Positions 40,156-49,745 of a stretch of DNA of 64,000 nt are shown here, piece by piece. Under the pieces are notes generated by a model. The model was not told the DNA's origin, made no database searches, and was given only the letters and a program-made list of their open reading frames with translations. Each line of letters starts with the position of its first letter. Positions within the stretch are counted from its first letter, which is position 1. The translations under genes were made by a program, and so were the position numbers. This stretch comes from an uncultured delta proteobacterium (lineage in GTDB: Bacteria > Desulfobacterota > Syntrophobacteria > BM002), in NCBI GenBank assembly GCA_963712115.1, contig CAVQGX010000031.1, positions 64,001 through 128,000 on the forward strand, read 5' to 3'.

Positions 40156-41313
40156 ATGAAGACGATGAAACCAATTTACCTGGATTATAATGCCACCACA
40201 CCCATTGATTCGGAAGTGGCTGAGGCCATGAGCCCCTATCTCTTTGAACGCTTCGGCAATCCCTCGAGTTCTCACTGGTATGGCGTCCAGACCAAAGAGG
40301 CTGTTGAAAAAGCCCGCGATCAGGTGGCGAATCTATTGAATTGCAGCCCAGATGAAGTTGTGTTCACCGGCGGCGGCAGCGAATCCAACAACTACGCCAT
40401 CAAGGGTGCGGCATTTGCCAACCGAGGGAAGGGTAATCACCTTGTTACCTCCTCCATAGAGCATCCCGCAGTAATCGAAGTGTGCAAATATCTGGAAGAA
40501 AAAGGCTTCCAAGTAACCTATTTGCCCGTAGACCAGTTCGGTCAGGTGGATCCACGGGCAGTATATGAGGTTATCAATTCCAGTACAGTCCTGATCTCAA
40601 TCATGCATGCCAACAACGAAGTTGGAACAATTCAGCCCATTGCTGAGATAGCAACAATTGCCAGGGACCATGGCATAGTTTTCCATACTGATGCAGCGCA
40701 ATCGGTGGGCAAGATACCAACCAGAGTTGATTATCTTGGTGTGGATCTCCTCACCATTGCTGGTCACAAGCTGTATGGACCGAAGGGAATTGGGGCCCTG
40801 TACGTTCGCCGAGGAACCCAACTCGAAAAGCTCATACACGGGGCTGACCACGAACAGGGTCGGCGGGCCGGAACCGAAAATGTTCTTGAAATTGTTGGCC
40901 TGGGTAAGGCCTGCGAAATTGCCAAACGTGATCTAAACAAGAACATGGACCACATGCAAAAGATGCGAGACCTTCTTTACCAGGAGCTGAGGGTAGAATG
41001 GGATGAGATCAAATTGAATGGCCACCCGGAGAACCGGCTTCCCAACACCCTCAGTGTGAGTTTCAAAAATATTGAAGCAAACAAGCTTCTAGCCGAAATC
41101 GACAGTGTCGCTGTCTCGGCAGGTGCGGCTTGTCATTCCGATTCTGTGAAGGTTTCTTCGGTCTTGCAGGCTATGCAGGTGGAGTTAGAGTACGCCATGG
41201 GCACTATTCGCTTTTCCACTGGCAAGATGACCACAGCAGAGGAGGTGAAGGAAACCGCAGCAATCTTTGCGGAGACCGCCCGTCGCTTGCAGGCGGAGAA
41301 GCAAAAGTGGTAA
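40156..41313 (+). CDS. cysteine desulfurase / selenocysteine lyase-like PLP enzyme (catalytically intact)
   Basis: YLDYNATTP, HTDAAQ, AGHKLYGP, SAGAACHS, GTIRFS. Confidence 0.9.
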   Translation: MKTMKPIYLDYNATTPIDSEVAEAMSPYLFERFGNPSSSHWYGVQTKEAVEKARDQVANLLNCSPDEVVFTGGGSESNNYAIKGAAFANRGKGNHLVTSSIEHPAVIEVCKYLEEKGFQVTYLPVDQFGQVDPRAVYEVINSSTVLISIMHANNEVGTIQPIAEIATIARDHGIVFHTDAAQSVGKIPTRVDYLGVDLLTIAGHKLYGPKGIGALYVRRGTQLEKLIHGADHEQGRRAGTENVLEIVGLGKACEIAKRDLNKNMDHMQKMRDLLYQELRVEWDEIKLNGHPENRLPNTLSVSFKNIEANKLLAEIDSVAVSAGAACHSDSVKVSSVLQAMQVELEYAMGTIRFSTGKMTTAEEVKETAAIFAETARRLQAEKQKW

Positions 41314-41532
41314 TTTTTTACCAAAATTCTGGCTTTAATTACCCAATTCCTAATACTCCTCCTTACTCCCTCACCATATAAGTAGTTGAAATAATAACAT
41401 TTATATAATCACACCAGGTTGGCACGATCTTTTAATAATAAAAGCCATTTGCCTTGGCCTTGAATTGCACTCACTGGGCCACTCGGATGCTCAATGAGAA
41501 TGATCCTGTTTGTAGGATCACGGGTATAATTC

Positions 41533-41943
41533 ATGACGGAAAATTCCCTAGACCGCAGAAAAAAAGACGACAGGCGCTCCAAGAAAGATAGGAGGTCGGG
41601 GGCAGACAGGAGGAGTGGTACCGACAGAAGAAGTGGCAAAGACAGAAGGTCTGGCTGGGGACCAATCAAAGAACATCGCTTTCAGGGAGTTGTCAAAACA
41701 ACTGCGACACTCTCTCATTTACTCGGCCAACCTTTGACTGTAATTACCGGATATGTGGATCTCTTGTCTGCGAGCACTAAGGAGGATAACACGAAAGAAA
41801 AATTATTTATCATAAAAGGGCAACTAGAGTTGATCAATAAATATATGACAGATCTGAGAAACATTAAAGAATATAGAACCATAGAATTTGCCGGTGTTAC
41901 TTTACTGGACATTGAATCTACAAGACCAAAAGAAGACGATTGA
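41533..41943 (+). CDS. hypothetical protein with DRR repeats and HisKA-like H-box
   Basis: Six DRR units at about 6-aa spacing; TLSHLLGQPLTVITGYVDLL; no HATPase domain. Confidence 0.75.
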   Translation: MTENSLDRRKKDDRRSKKDRRSGADRRSGTDRRSGKDRRSGWGPIKEHRFQGVVKTTATLSHLLGQPLTVITGYVDLLSASTKEDNTKEKLFIIKGQLELINKYMTDLRNIKEYRTIEFAGVTLLDIESTRPKEDD

Positions 41944-42144
41944 TTATAATAATTTTGTTTAACCACGCATTTTAAATAAATTAAAGACACACTCAACTAT
42001 CAAAGTTATTTCATTTGATTTATCCAGCATCTAGCATCCAGTCTATTCTCAATAGCCCTTGCCATCGATTACAACCTTGTTTTCTTGGTCTATTTCTTGC
42101 AGTTATTTCCCCCGCCCATCTAGTCCAGATAGGACTTAGCATTT

Positions 42145-43299
42145 ATGCCTAAACCCAACTCAATTCGCATCCTTGTTGTGGACGACGAGTCGTCAATTTT
42201 GACGCTTTACCAGGAGACCCTCCGACCAAGGTGGAAGCCCAACCATTTTGAGCTAACCCTTTGCAGCCAAGCTCAAGAAGCTCTTGATTCCTTTCGCACA
42301 GCAGTGGAGCAGGAAAAGCCCTTTGCCGTTGCTTTCCTTGATTTGAGGATGCCTCCTGGCCCTGATGGAATCTGGTTGGCAGAGAGAATTCGGGCCCTGG
42401 ATCCATACACAGAGATAGTAATGGTAACCGGCTATTCAGATAACAGCACCACTCCCGATAAAATAGCCTCGCGCGTACCGCCTACCGATAAGCTTCTTTA
42501 CCTGCAGAAGCCCTTTCACAACCTCGAGATTCAACATTTCGCTGCGTCTTTGAGTACCAAGTGGCTCGGGGAGAGAGAGCTGAGGAAGATCCGTAACGAT
42601 TTGGAAGGTCGAATCGAGAAGCGGACCATAGAACTGATCAAACTTAACGAGCAGTTAAAAAAGGATATAGCCAGGCGTGAAAGGGCAGAGGCAGAGGTCC
42701 AGTCTACCCTGGTCAAATTGCGCAGTGCCATGGGCGGGGTTGTTCAAGCCATGGCCTTGACCGTGGAAAGAAGGGATCCTTACACTGCTGGCCATCAACG
42801 GCGTGTGTCTGATCTGGCCCGCGGGGTTGCGGCAGAAATGGGTCTGCCGGGCCACCAGATAGATGGAATCCGTATGGCCGGATTGATTCACGATTTGGGC
42901 AAAATCTGCGTGCCTGCAGAGATTCTCAGTAAGCCAGGAAAGTTGACCGAAATAGAACGCACCCTGATTAAGGATCATCCCCAGGTGGGATATGAGATTT
43001 TGAAGGAAATAGAATTTCCTTGGCCGGTTGCCCAAATTGTTCTTCAACATCATGAGAGGATTGACGGCTCCGGATACCCTGCGGGGTTGTCAGGTGATGA
43101 CATCATAATTGAGGCTAAGACTCTAGCCGTGGCTGACGTGGTGGAGGCCATGGCCTCACACCGACCCTACCGCCCGACCTTGGGATGTGAGATGGCTTTA
43201 GAAGAAATTAGCCAGAATCGGGGTACTCTCTATGAAACAAATGTGGTAGATGCCTGTGTCAAGCTTCTCACTGAAAAAGACTTTAACTTTAGGCAATGA
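42145..43299 (+). CDS. response regulator with HD-GYP phosphodiesterase domain
   Basis: ILVVDDE, DLRMP receiver; HDLGK, HHERIDGSGYP. Confidence 0.93.
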   Translation: MPKPNSIRILVVDDESSILTLYQETLRPRWKPNHFELTLCSQAQEALDSFRTAVEQEKPFAVAFLDLRMPPGPDGIWLAERIRALDPYTEIVMVTGYSDNSTTPDKIASRVPPTDKLLYLQKPFHNLEIQHFAASLSTKWLGERELRKIRNDLEGRIEKRTIELIKLNEQLKKDIARRERAEAEVQSTLVKLRSAMGGVVQAMALTVERRDPYTAGHQRRVSDLARGVAAEMGLPGHQIDGIRMAGLIHDLGKICVPAEILSKPGKLTEIERTLIKDHPQVGYEILKEIEFPWPVAQIVLQHHERIDGSGYPAGLSGDDIIIEAKTLAVADVVEAMASHRPYRPTLGCEMALEEISQNRGTLYETNVVDACVKLLTEKDFNFRQ

Positions 43300-43480
43300 T
43301 TTCGCACATCGCAAAGCCTCACGTCCAAAGTTTCAAGTTTGAAAATCCCCACTCACCACCCCCACACCTGCCCGGACTTATTGTTTTGCATAAACAAACA
43401 GTTTTCGTTTTAAGCAAACCAGAGTTAGTGTAAAATGGAGACTATACGTACATTTTTAACTATCACTGTGAGGAAAAAAG

Positions 43481-44083
43481 ATGAAGAGATCTCAAGACGA
43501 CATTAGTCTGGAGGTGAAAGCTCTCAAAATCGGCAGCAAAGTGAGAGAATTGCGGCAAAAAAAACATTACACCCTTCAGGATGTTGCTGCCAAAACAGGT
43601 TTGTCCAAACCATTCCTCTCACAGATAGAGAATGATCATGTGGTGCCTCCCGTGGCTACCCTACTCAAACTGGCAAGAGCCTTCGACATCGGTTTGGCTT
43701 ACTTTTTCCAGGACGAAGTAGGAATCGACAGGATTGCCATCACCCGGCGCGATGAAAGGGTTAGAGTAGAGAGAAGGCCTCACCACCGCAAGGGTGAAGT
43801 GAATTATATATACGAGGCCCTCGACACCAAGAAGACTAATAAGCACATGGAGCCCTTCCTGGTTGAATTCCCCGTCCAGGACACCAGTGAAATGATTTTC
43901 ATGAACCACGAGGGAGAGGAATTCTTGCACGTTCTCGAGGGTACCCTGGAGTTTCGCAGTATTGATCGGGTGGAAATTCTAGGGCCGGGAGACAGCATCT
44001 ATTTCGAATCAGAGCTTAGTCACAGCTTCCGTTGCCTCGGGGAAAAACCAGCGAGAGCAATCGTAGTCGTCTGGAGTGGTTGA
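43481..44083 (+). CDS. XRE-family HTH + cupin transcriptional regulator
   Basis: TLQDVAAKTGLSKPFLSQIEN; HEGEEF, GDSIYF..H. Confidence 0.92.
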   Translation: MKRSQDDISLEVKALKIGSKVRELRQKKHYTLQDVAAKTGLSKPFLSQIENDHVVPPVATLLKLARAFDIGLAYFFQDEVGIDRIAITRRDERVRVERRPHHRKGEVNYIYEALDTKKTNKHMEPFLVEFPVQDTSEMIFMNHEGEEFLHVLEGTLEFRSIDRVEILGPGDSIYFESELSHSFRCLGEKPARAIVVVWSG

Positions 44084-44206
44084 TCTTGACCATTAGCAGC
44101 CATTCATTATCCGGTATGTCTTTTGCACTTCTCATGGACCGACTTTGTCTTTTAGCTTTCATTTTGCTGCTCTCTGTGCTACTGCGGGAGGGAGGACGAA
44201 GCAAGC

Positions 44207-44800
44207 ATGGTGGAGATCCGCTTCCACGGACGAGGTGGCCAGGGTACCGTGGTGGCCACCATTCTGCTGGCAAAGGCCTTTTTCCGGGATGGCTACTACG
44301 TGCAGAGCTTTCCTCTCTTTGGGGTTGAGCGTAGAGGAGCTCCGGTAGAGGCTTATTTGCGACTCGACCGCAAAGAGATCCTTATAAGAACCAATGTTTA
44401 CACGCCCGACCATGTTGTCGTCCTTGATAAAACTCTTCTGGAATCCATTGACGTCACCTTCGGCCTCAAAACAGGGGGCTGGATTCTAGTCAATGCACCC
44501 GAACTTCCTACCCACCTGAACTCATGGCCTGGCTACAAACTCGCCCTTGTCGATGCCACTCACATTGCCCTCAATAATGGCTTAGGGACTCGCACACATC
44601 CTATTGTCAATACCCCCATGTTGGGAGGACTTGCCCGGGTTTTGGGCATGCCAAGCATGGAAGCCATCTCCAAAGCAATCCAAAGAGAGGTGCCGAGCAA
44701 GCCAAAAGCAAACATAAGGGCAGCGGAGATGGCCTATGAGCAAGTTAGGGTGTTGGAGTCTGTTGAGGAGAACGCACAAATTGAGGAATTTAGGGATTAA
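44207..44800 (+). CDS. 2-oxoacid:acceptor oxidoreductase gamma subunit
   Basis: EIRFHGRGGQG, FGVERRGAPV. Confidence 0.93.
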   Translation: MVEIRFHGRGGQGTVVATILLAKAFFRDGYYVQSFPLFGVERRGAPVEAYLRLDRKEILIRTNVYTPDHVVVLDKTLLESIDVTFGLKTGGWILVNAPELPTHLNSWPGYKLALVDATHIALNNGLGTRTHPIVNTPMLGGLARVLGMPSMEAISKAIQREVPSKPKANIRAAEMAYEQVRVLESVEENAQIEEFRD

Positions 44801-44899
44801 GGGATTAATCAATATAGCTATAGGGGAATTGTGAGACCTAATTCCTCAATCCCTCAATTCCAGAATTCCTCAATTTAATTGAAACGAGAATAGAAACAC

Positions 44900-46657
44900 A
44901 TGGCCTCACAAAAACCATTGAGCAATCGCTCTCCTCTGATCATTCCTTGTTCATATCTCACCACGGAGGGCAACAATACGGGCTCGTGGCGTTTTCTCAG
45001 GCCCAAGTATGAGGAGAAAACCGCCCCTTGCAGCGCTGCCTGCCCTAGTGGCGAGGATATAGCCCGCATTCAAATGTTAAGCGGACAAGGATCTTTTAAG
45101 GAGGCGTGGGAGACAATCTTAGTGGAAAACCCCTTCCCTGGCGTATGTGGGCGTGTTTGTTACCACCCTTGTGAGCTCCAATGCAACCGCCGGGAGTTCG
45201 ATGAACCTGTTGCCATTCACACCATAGAACGTTTTCTTGCAGACACCGCAAGTCGCTATGAACTCAAGTTTGGGCTGGATAAACTGCCGGCTAAAAAGCA
45301 AAAAGTGGCTGTAATAGGCTCAGGACCCAGTGGCTTGGCCGCTGCCTATTTTCTGGCACTCTTGGGATATCAGTCTGATGTCTTCGAAGCCCTGCCGGAG
45401 CCTGGTGGTGTCCTCCGATGGGGTATCCCACTCTATCGATTACCTCCCGCCATTCTCAATGAAGAGATATTTCGGCTCCAGGATTTCGGTGTTCGCCTTC
45501 ACTGCGGCAAGCCCACCTCTCGCAAGTTCCTCAAGGAAGCAAAAAATAACTACGACGCTATATTCCTCGGTTGTGGCCATTCCCAGACCATCCCCCTTTC
45601 AATTCCAGGCGAAGATCTGCCTGGGGTGGAAAAGGGTCTCAACTTTCTTAAGAAAATACGGAGGGGTGATATCCCCTCTCTTCGGGGAACAGCGGCAGTC
45701 ATTGGCGGCGGTAACACGGCCATAGACACGGCCCGCTCTGCGGCCCGCTTGGGTGCCAAGGTTATTCTCATATATCGCCGCAGGCAACAAGACATGCCTG
45801 CCTTCGCAGAAGAAGTGGAGATGGCTTTAGAAGAGGGTATTGAAATTCGGGAACTTGAAACTCCCGTAGAGATAGAATCGCAAAAGGGAGATCTAGTGGT
45901 AACCTTACAAGAGATGCGGGTGACGCAAGAGGATCTTCAGGGAAAAGCTCGGATCAAGCCCGCGGGCAGGAAAAGGAAAAAGATTCTTGTCCAACACCTG
46001 TTTATTTCGGTGGGCAATTCAGCTGCCGAGGATTGGTACGATCTCCCCAGTAAGAGAAGGGGCGTGACCAGGTTTAACAATTGTGTCCTGGTGCATAGGA
46101 GTGGGGAACCCGTCCTGGTTTACGGGGGCGATTTGGTTGCGAGCATCAAAAGCGTTGTCCACGCTGTCGCCTCCGGCAAAGAGGCTGCCATGGCCCTAGA
46201 CGTCCTTTTCAAAGAAGGGTTGGAGGCAATAGCAAGCAAGCTCAAATCCTGCCTGGTGGGTGACGGACCATCCCTTTCAATGGAAATCTATCTGGGAGGG
46301 CCCCGAAAGAAGCGCAACCACAGCATCGTCTCTTACGAGAACCTCAATACGGATTATTTTCGCTTTGCCCCTACCATTAGTCAACCCCGTCTATTGCGTG
46401 AAGAGCGCCTCCAGTCCTTTGCCGAAATCAATCTCAAGATCGGTGCCAGCCTTGCCATGCGCGAGGCTGAGCGCTGTTTCAACTGTGGTCTCTGCAACCA
46501 GTGCGATAACTGTCAACTTTTTTGCCCAGAAATCGCGGTCATTCGGGACCACAACCCCGAAGGTCGTCACATCAACTATGACTACTGCAAGGGTTGTGGA
46601 CTTTGCGTAGTTGAATGTCCACGCAATGCTATGGTGTTGGAGGAGGAACGGTTATGA
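44900..46657 (+). CDS. delta subunit fused to a GltD-like FAD/NAD(P) oxidoreductase
   Basis: TGSWRFLRP; PCSAACP, CGRVCYHPC; GSGPSG; GGGNTA..YRR; C-terminal CNQCDNC..CP and CKGCGLC..CP. Confidence 0.88.
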   Translation: MASQKPLSNRSPLIIPCSYLTTEGNNTGSWRFLRPKYEEKTAPCSAACPSGEDIARIQMLSGQGSFKEAWETILVENPFPGVCGRVCYHPCELQCNRREFDEPVAIHTIERFLADTASRYELKFGLDKLPAKKQKVAVIGSGPSGLAAAYFLALLGYQSDVFEALPEPGGVLRWGIPLYRLPPAILNEEIFRLQDFGVRLHCGKPTSRKFLKEAKNNYDAIFLGCGHSQTIPLSIPGEDLPGVEKGLNFLKKIRRGDIPSLRGTAAVIGGGNTAIDTARSAARLGAKVILIYRRRQQDMPAFAEEVEMALEEGIEIRELETPVEIESQKGDLVVTLQEMRVTQEDLQGKARIKPAGRKRKKILVQHLFISVGNSAAEDWYDLPSKRRGVTRFNNCVLVHRSGEPVLVYGGDLVASIKSVVHAVASGKEAAMALDVLFKEGLEAIASKLKSCLVGDGPSLSMEIYLGGPRKKRNHSIVSYENLNTDYFRFAPTISQPRLLREERLQSFAEINLKIGASLAMREAERCFNCGLCNQCDNCQLFCPEIAVIRDHNPEGRHINYDYCKGCGLCVVECPRNAMVLEEERL

Positions 46658-47832
46658 AACAGGTCATAGAAGGAAGTCATGCTGTGGCAGAGGCTGTGAG
46701 GTTGGCCAGGACTCAGGTGATTTCCGCCTACCCTATAACCCCCCAAACCCACATCGTGGAGCGTTTGTCGGAATACTGCGCCGACTCCACTCTGGCCGCC
46801 AGGTTCCTGCGGGTGGAGAGTGAGCATTCAGCCCTGGCTGCCTTGATTGGTGCCGCCACCTGTGGAGTAAGGACCTTTACCGCCACCTCGTCGCAGGGAC
46901 TTGCCCTGATGCACGAGCTTCTCCACTGGGCCTCAGGAGCCAGACTGCCAATTGTCATGGCCAATGTAAACCGGGCTATGGCTCCTGGTTGGAATATTTG
47001 GGCCGATCAGACCGACAGTTTAGCGCAGCGCGACACCGGCTGGATCCAGCTTTACTGTGAACACAATCAAGAGGTGTTGGACACCACCATTCAGGCTTTC
47101 CGTCTGGCCGAGTGGCTGAACTTGCCGGTAATGGTAAATCTGGACGCCTTTTTCCTTTCCCATACCTATGAACCTGTTGACCTGCCAAAGCAGAGCGTTG
47201 TCGACCGCTTTTTGCCACCCTACCAGCCCAGATTTCAGCTTGATACTAAAGACCCTTGTGCTTTCAATCAATTGGCCCCACCTAATGTCTATATGGAAAT
47301 GCGCCACAACATTCAGAACGCCATGGATGACGGACTAACATACTTTGACCAAATGGAAGACGAGTTCGAGGACATTTTCGGCCGACGTTACGGCCCGCTT
47401 GAGGCGGTTCAATGTGAAGATGCCGAGGTCATTATGGTTACATCCGGGACAGTTAGCAGTACCAGCCGGCAGGTACTGGCCGAACTTCGGAAGAAGGATG
47501 AAAAGGTAGGGCTTTTAAAAATCAAACTCTTCCGCCCTTTCCCCTTGAAGGCAATCAGAGAACTCACCGCGTCCGCCAAAAAGATTGCCGTTATTGATAG
47601 AAATTTTTCTTTCGGTGCCAGCGGGATCTTTGCCCAGGAAATAAGGGCAGCCCTCTGCAACCATCCGGGCCACCCCTTGGTTTTTGGTTACGTTGCCGGG
47701 TTAGGTGGCCGTGACGTCACTACTGCAGTGATAGAAGAGATCTATTGGCTCACCAAAGGCAATGACATACCACAACAAGAATCTATTTGGGTGGGACTCC
47801 ACGAGGTGGATCATGCAGTTGGACAATCTTGA
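46654..47832 (+). CDS. 2-oxoacid:acceptor oxidoreductase alpha subunit
   Basis: AYPITPQT, VESEHSA, TATSSQGL, GLGGRDV. Confidence 0.93.
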   Translation: MKQVIEGSHAVAEAVRLARTQVISAYPITPQTHIVERLSEYCADSTLAARFLRVESEHSALAALIGAATCGVRTFTATSSQGLALMHELLHWASGARLPIVMANVNRAMAPGWNIWADQTDSLAQRDTGWIQLYCEHNQEVLDTTIQAFRLAEWLNLPVMVNLDAFFLSHTYEPVDLPKQSVVDRFLPPYQPRFQLDTKDPCAFNQLAPPNVYMEMRHNIQNAMDDGLTYFDQMEDEFEDIFGRRYGPLEAVQCEDAEVIMVTSGTVSSTSRQVLAELRKKDEKVGLLKIKLFRPFPLKAIRELTASAKKIAVIDRNFSFGASGIFAQEIRAALCNHPGHPLVFGYVAGLGGRDVTTAVIEEIYWLTKGNDIPQQESIWVGLHEVDHAVGQS

Positions 47833-48703
47833 GCGTGACTACATGTTTCCGGGCCATGTGGGCTGCCCCGGGTGCGGTGCCGCCATTGCCATGCGTTTCG
47901 TTCTCAAAGCACTAGGCGAAAAGACTATTATGATCATCCCTGCCTGCTGCTGGTCTATTATTGCCGGTCCCTATCCCCAGTCGACTCTAAAAATACCCGT
48001 GCTTCATACTGCCTTTGAAACTGGCGGTGCCGCTGCCAGCGGGGTGCGGGCGGCGCTGGACGTTAAAGGAGATAGTGAAACTACGGTGGTGACCTGGGCT
48101 GGTGATGGAGGCACTTTTGACATCGGATTCCAGGCTTTGAGCGGCGCCGTAGAACGTAACGAGAATTTCATCTACGTCTGCTATGACAATGAAGCTTATA
48201 TGAACACAGGTGTGCAGCGGAGCTCTTCTACTCCTTACGGTGCCTGGACAACCACCACTCCCGGGCAGCAGTGGAAAAGATTGCGGAAGAAAAACATCGT
48301 CGAGGCCCTGGTAGCACACCGGATTACCTACGCCGCCACTGCCAGCATTGCCTACCCCGAGGACCTGATACGCAAGGTCACAAAGGCCAAATCCATTACA
48401 GGTGCCAGATTTCTCCATATTTTCTCCAGCTGCCCTACTGGTTGGGGGATTCCCTCGGAGATGTCAATCAAGATTGCCAGAATGGCGGTTCAGACCAATA
48501 TTTTCCCCCTATATGAGGTGGAAGAGGGTACCAGATACACTATTAATTTCACCCCCAAAGGCTATCTGGTGCACGAGTACTTCCGCCTCCAAGGGAGATT
48601 CAAACATCTAAGGGAGAAAGATCTTGCCCAAATCCAGGAGATGGTCGACGAGGACTGGAATTTGCTCCTTCGCAAAGCCGGGGGTGTTCCAGAAATTTCC
48701 TGA
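47813..48703 (+). CDS. 2-oxoacid:acceptor oxidoreductase beta (TPP) subunit
   Basis: GCPGCG, GDGG..DIG, YDNEAYMNTG, CPTGW. Confidence 0.93.
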   Translation: MQLDNLERDYMFPGHVGCPGCGAAIAMRFVLKALGEKTIMIIPACCWSIIAGPYPQSTLKIPVLHTAFETGGAAASGVRAALDVKGDSETTVVTWAGDGGTFDIGFQALSGAVERNENFIYVCYDNEAYMNTGVQRSSSTPYGAWTTTTPGQQWKRLRKKNIVEALVAHRITYAATASIAYPEDLIRKVTKAKSITGARFLHIFSSCPTGWGIPSEMSIKIARMAVQTNIFPLYEVEEGTRYTINFTPKGYLVHEYFRLQGRFKHLREKDLAQIQEMVDEDWNLLLRKAGGVPEIS

Positions 48704-48739
48704 CAGAAAAAAATCTCTGGGACAACAAGCTAGCACGTC

Positions 48740-48767
48740 CGTCATTCCCGCGCAGGCGGGAATCCAG
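48740..48767. repeat. short palindromic extragenic repeat
   Basis: cgtcattcccgcgcaggcgggaatccag; core also at about 15424-15442. Confidence 0.7.
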
Positions 48768-48891
48768 GCGGGTGCTTAATTTGAATGATCATTGAAGTGG
48801 CCGTAGGCGATTGAGCTTGCTACATGTTATTGAGCAAGTTAATATCAGTCATGAGATTTCCATTATATTGAGACTTAATAGGAATAGAGAA

Positions 48892-49356
48892 ATGAAGCTG
48901 GCTCCCTTCCTTCGTGTTTTTTTTGTGCTTCTTTTCGTCGTCGCGCTAGCAATACCCGCTCGGGCGGGAGAAGACCTTCTACACGGACCATGGGATAGTC
49001 CCAGTTACAGAGCGCTGGTGCAAAAGGAGACGGAAATTAGAAGAAACACCTCCATGTCGTCACCTTTTTTTATCTCTCTTCTTAATTTTTTTTCGAAAGT
49101 AATCTCCCCTGTTGATGGTGATCGCTGTCCTAGTTATCCCACTTGCGCCGCTTACAGCAAGGAAGCCTACCAGAAGCACGGCGCTCTCGTCGGCACCCTC
49201 ATGACAGTGGACCGACTCTTTCACGAGGCTGACGAACCCAGGTTCTCCCCAACCGTCGAGGTCCACGGTGTAGGACGCATCTATGATCCAGTCTCAGCTA
49301 ATGAGCTTTGGAAGCGAGAGGACAAGAGCCGGGCTGAGGCAAGATCTGCCAAGTAG
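48892..49356 (+). CDS. YidD-like domain protein with signal peptide
   Basis: ISPVDGDRCPSYPTCAAYS..A..KHG...DRL; AxA signal peptide. Confidence 0.78.
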   Translation: MKLAPFLRVFFVLLFVVALAIPARAGEDLLHGPWDSPSYRALVQKETEIRRNTSMSSPFFISLLNFFSKVISPVDGDRCPSYPTCAAYSKEAYQKHGALVGTLMTVDRLFHEADEPRFSPTVEVHGVGRIYDPVSANELWKREDKSRAEARSAK

Positions 49357-49651
49357 TTCCCAACTTTCCGCAGTTTTGCCAGGCGCCAAGCAGTGTCGTG
49401 GGCATAGAGCATGGAGCATAGTGTCCAAATTTCGAAATTAAGAATCCGCAATCTTCAATCCCAAATCCGCAATCCGAAACTAAAGAATTCAGTAGTCCGT
49501 GGTCATTAGCCAGTAGTTGAGAAAAACTCAATTTTGATTGCCTTTCTCCTGAATTCTGGATTCTGACTTCTGGCTCCTTACGCTCTGCGCTTTGCGCTAT
49601 GCGAACTCGGTGCCTAGTGCCTGGTGTTTAGTGCTTAGTGATTTGACTCTG

Positions 49652-49668
49652 ATGCAATTAAGTTGCAT
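49652..49668. promoter_or_regulatory. putative Zur box
   Basis: ATGCAATTAAGTTGCAT palindrome upstream of znuACB-zur; one mismatch to the ATGCAACnnnGTTGCAT motif I recall for Desulfovibrio Zur. Confidence 0.7.
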
Positions 49669-49745
49669 AATGTGAAGTAACTAAGCTGGCTCTGACCGAA
49701 AAAAAGTAACTGTTTTTGACTATAGGCAAACAAGGTGCTAGCGCT

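Noticed and set aside
41419-41470. Sigma-54 promoter candidates (tggcacgatctttta; tggccttgaattgc)
   Set aside because: The first lacks the -12 GC and the second has spacing one base short.
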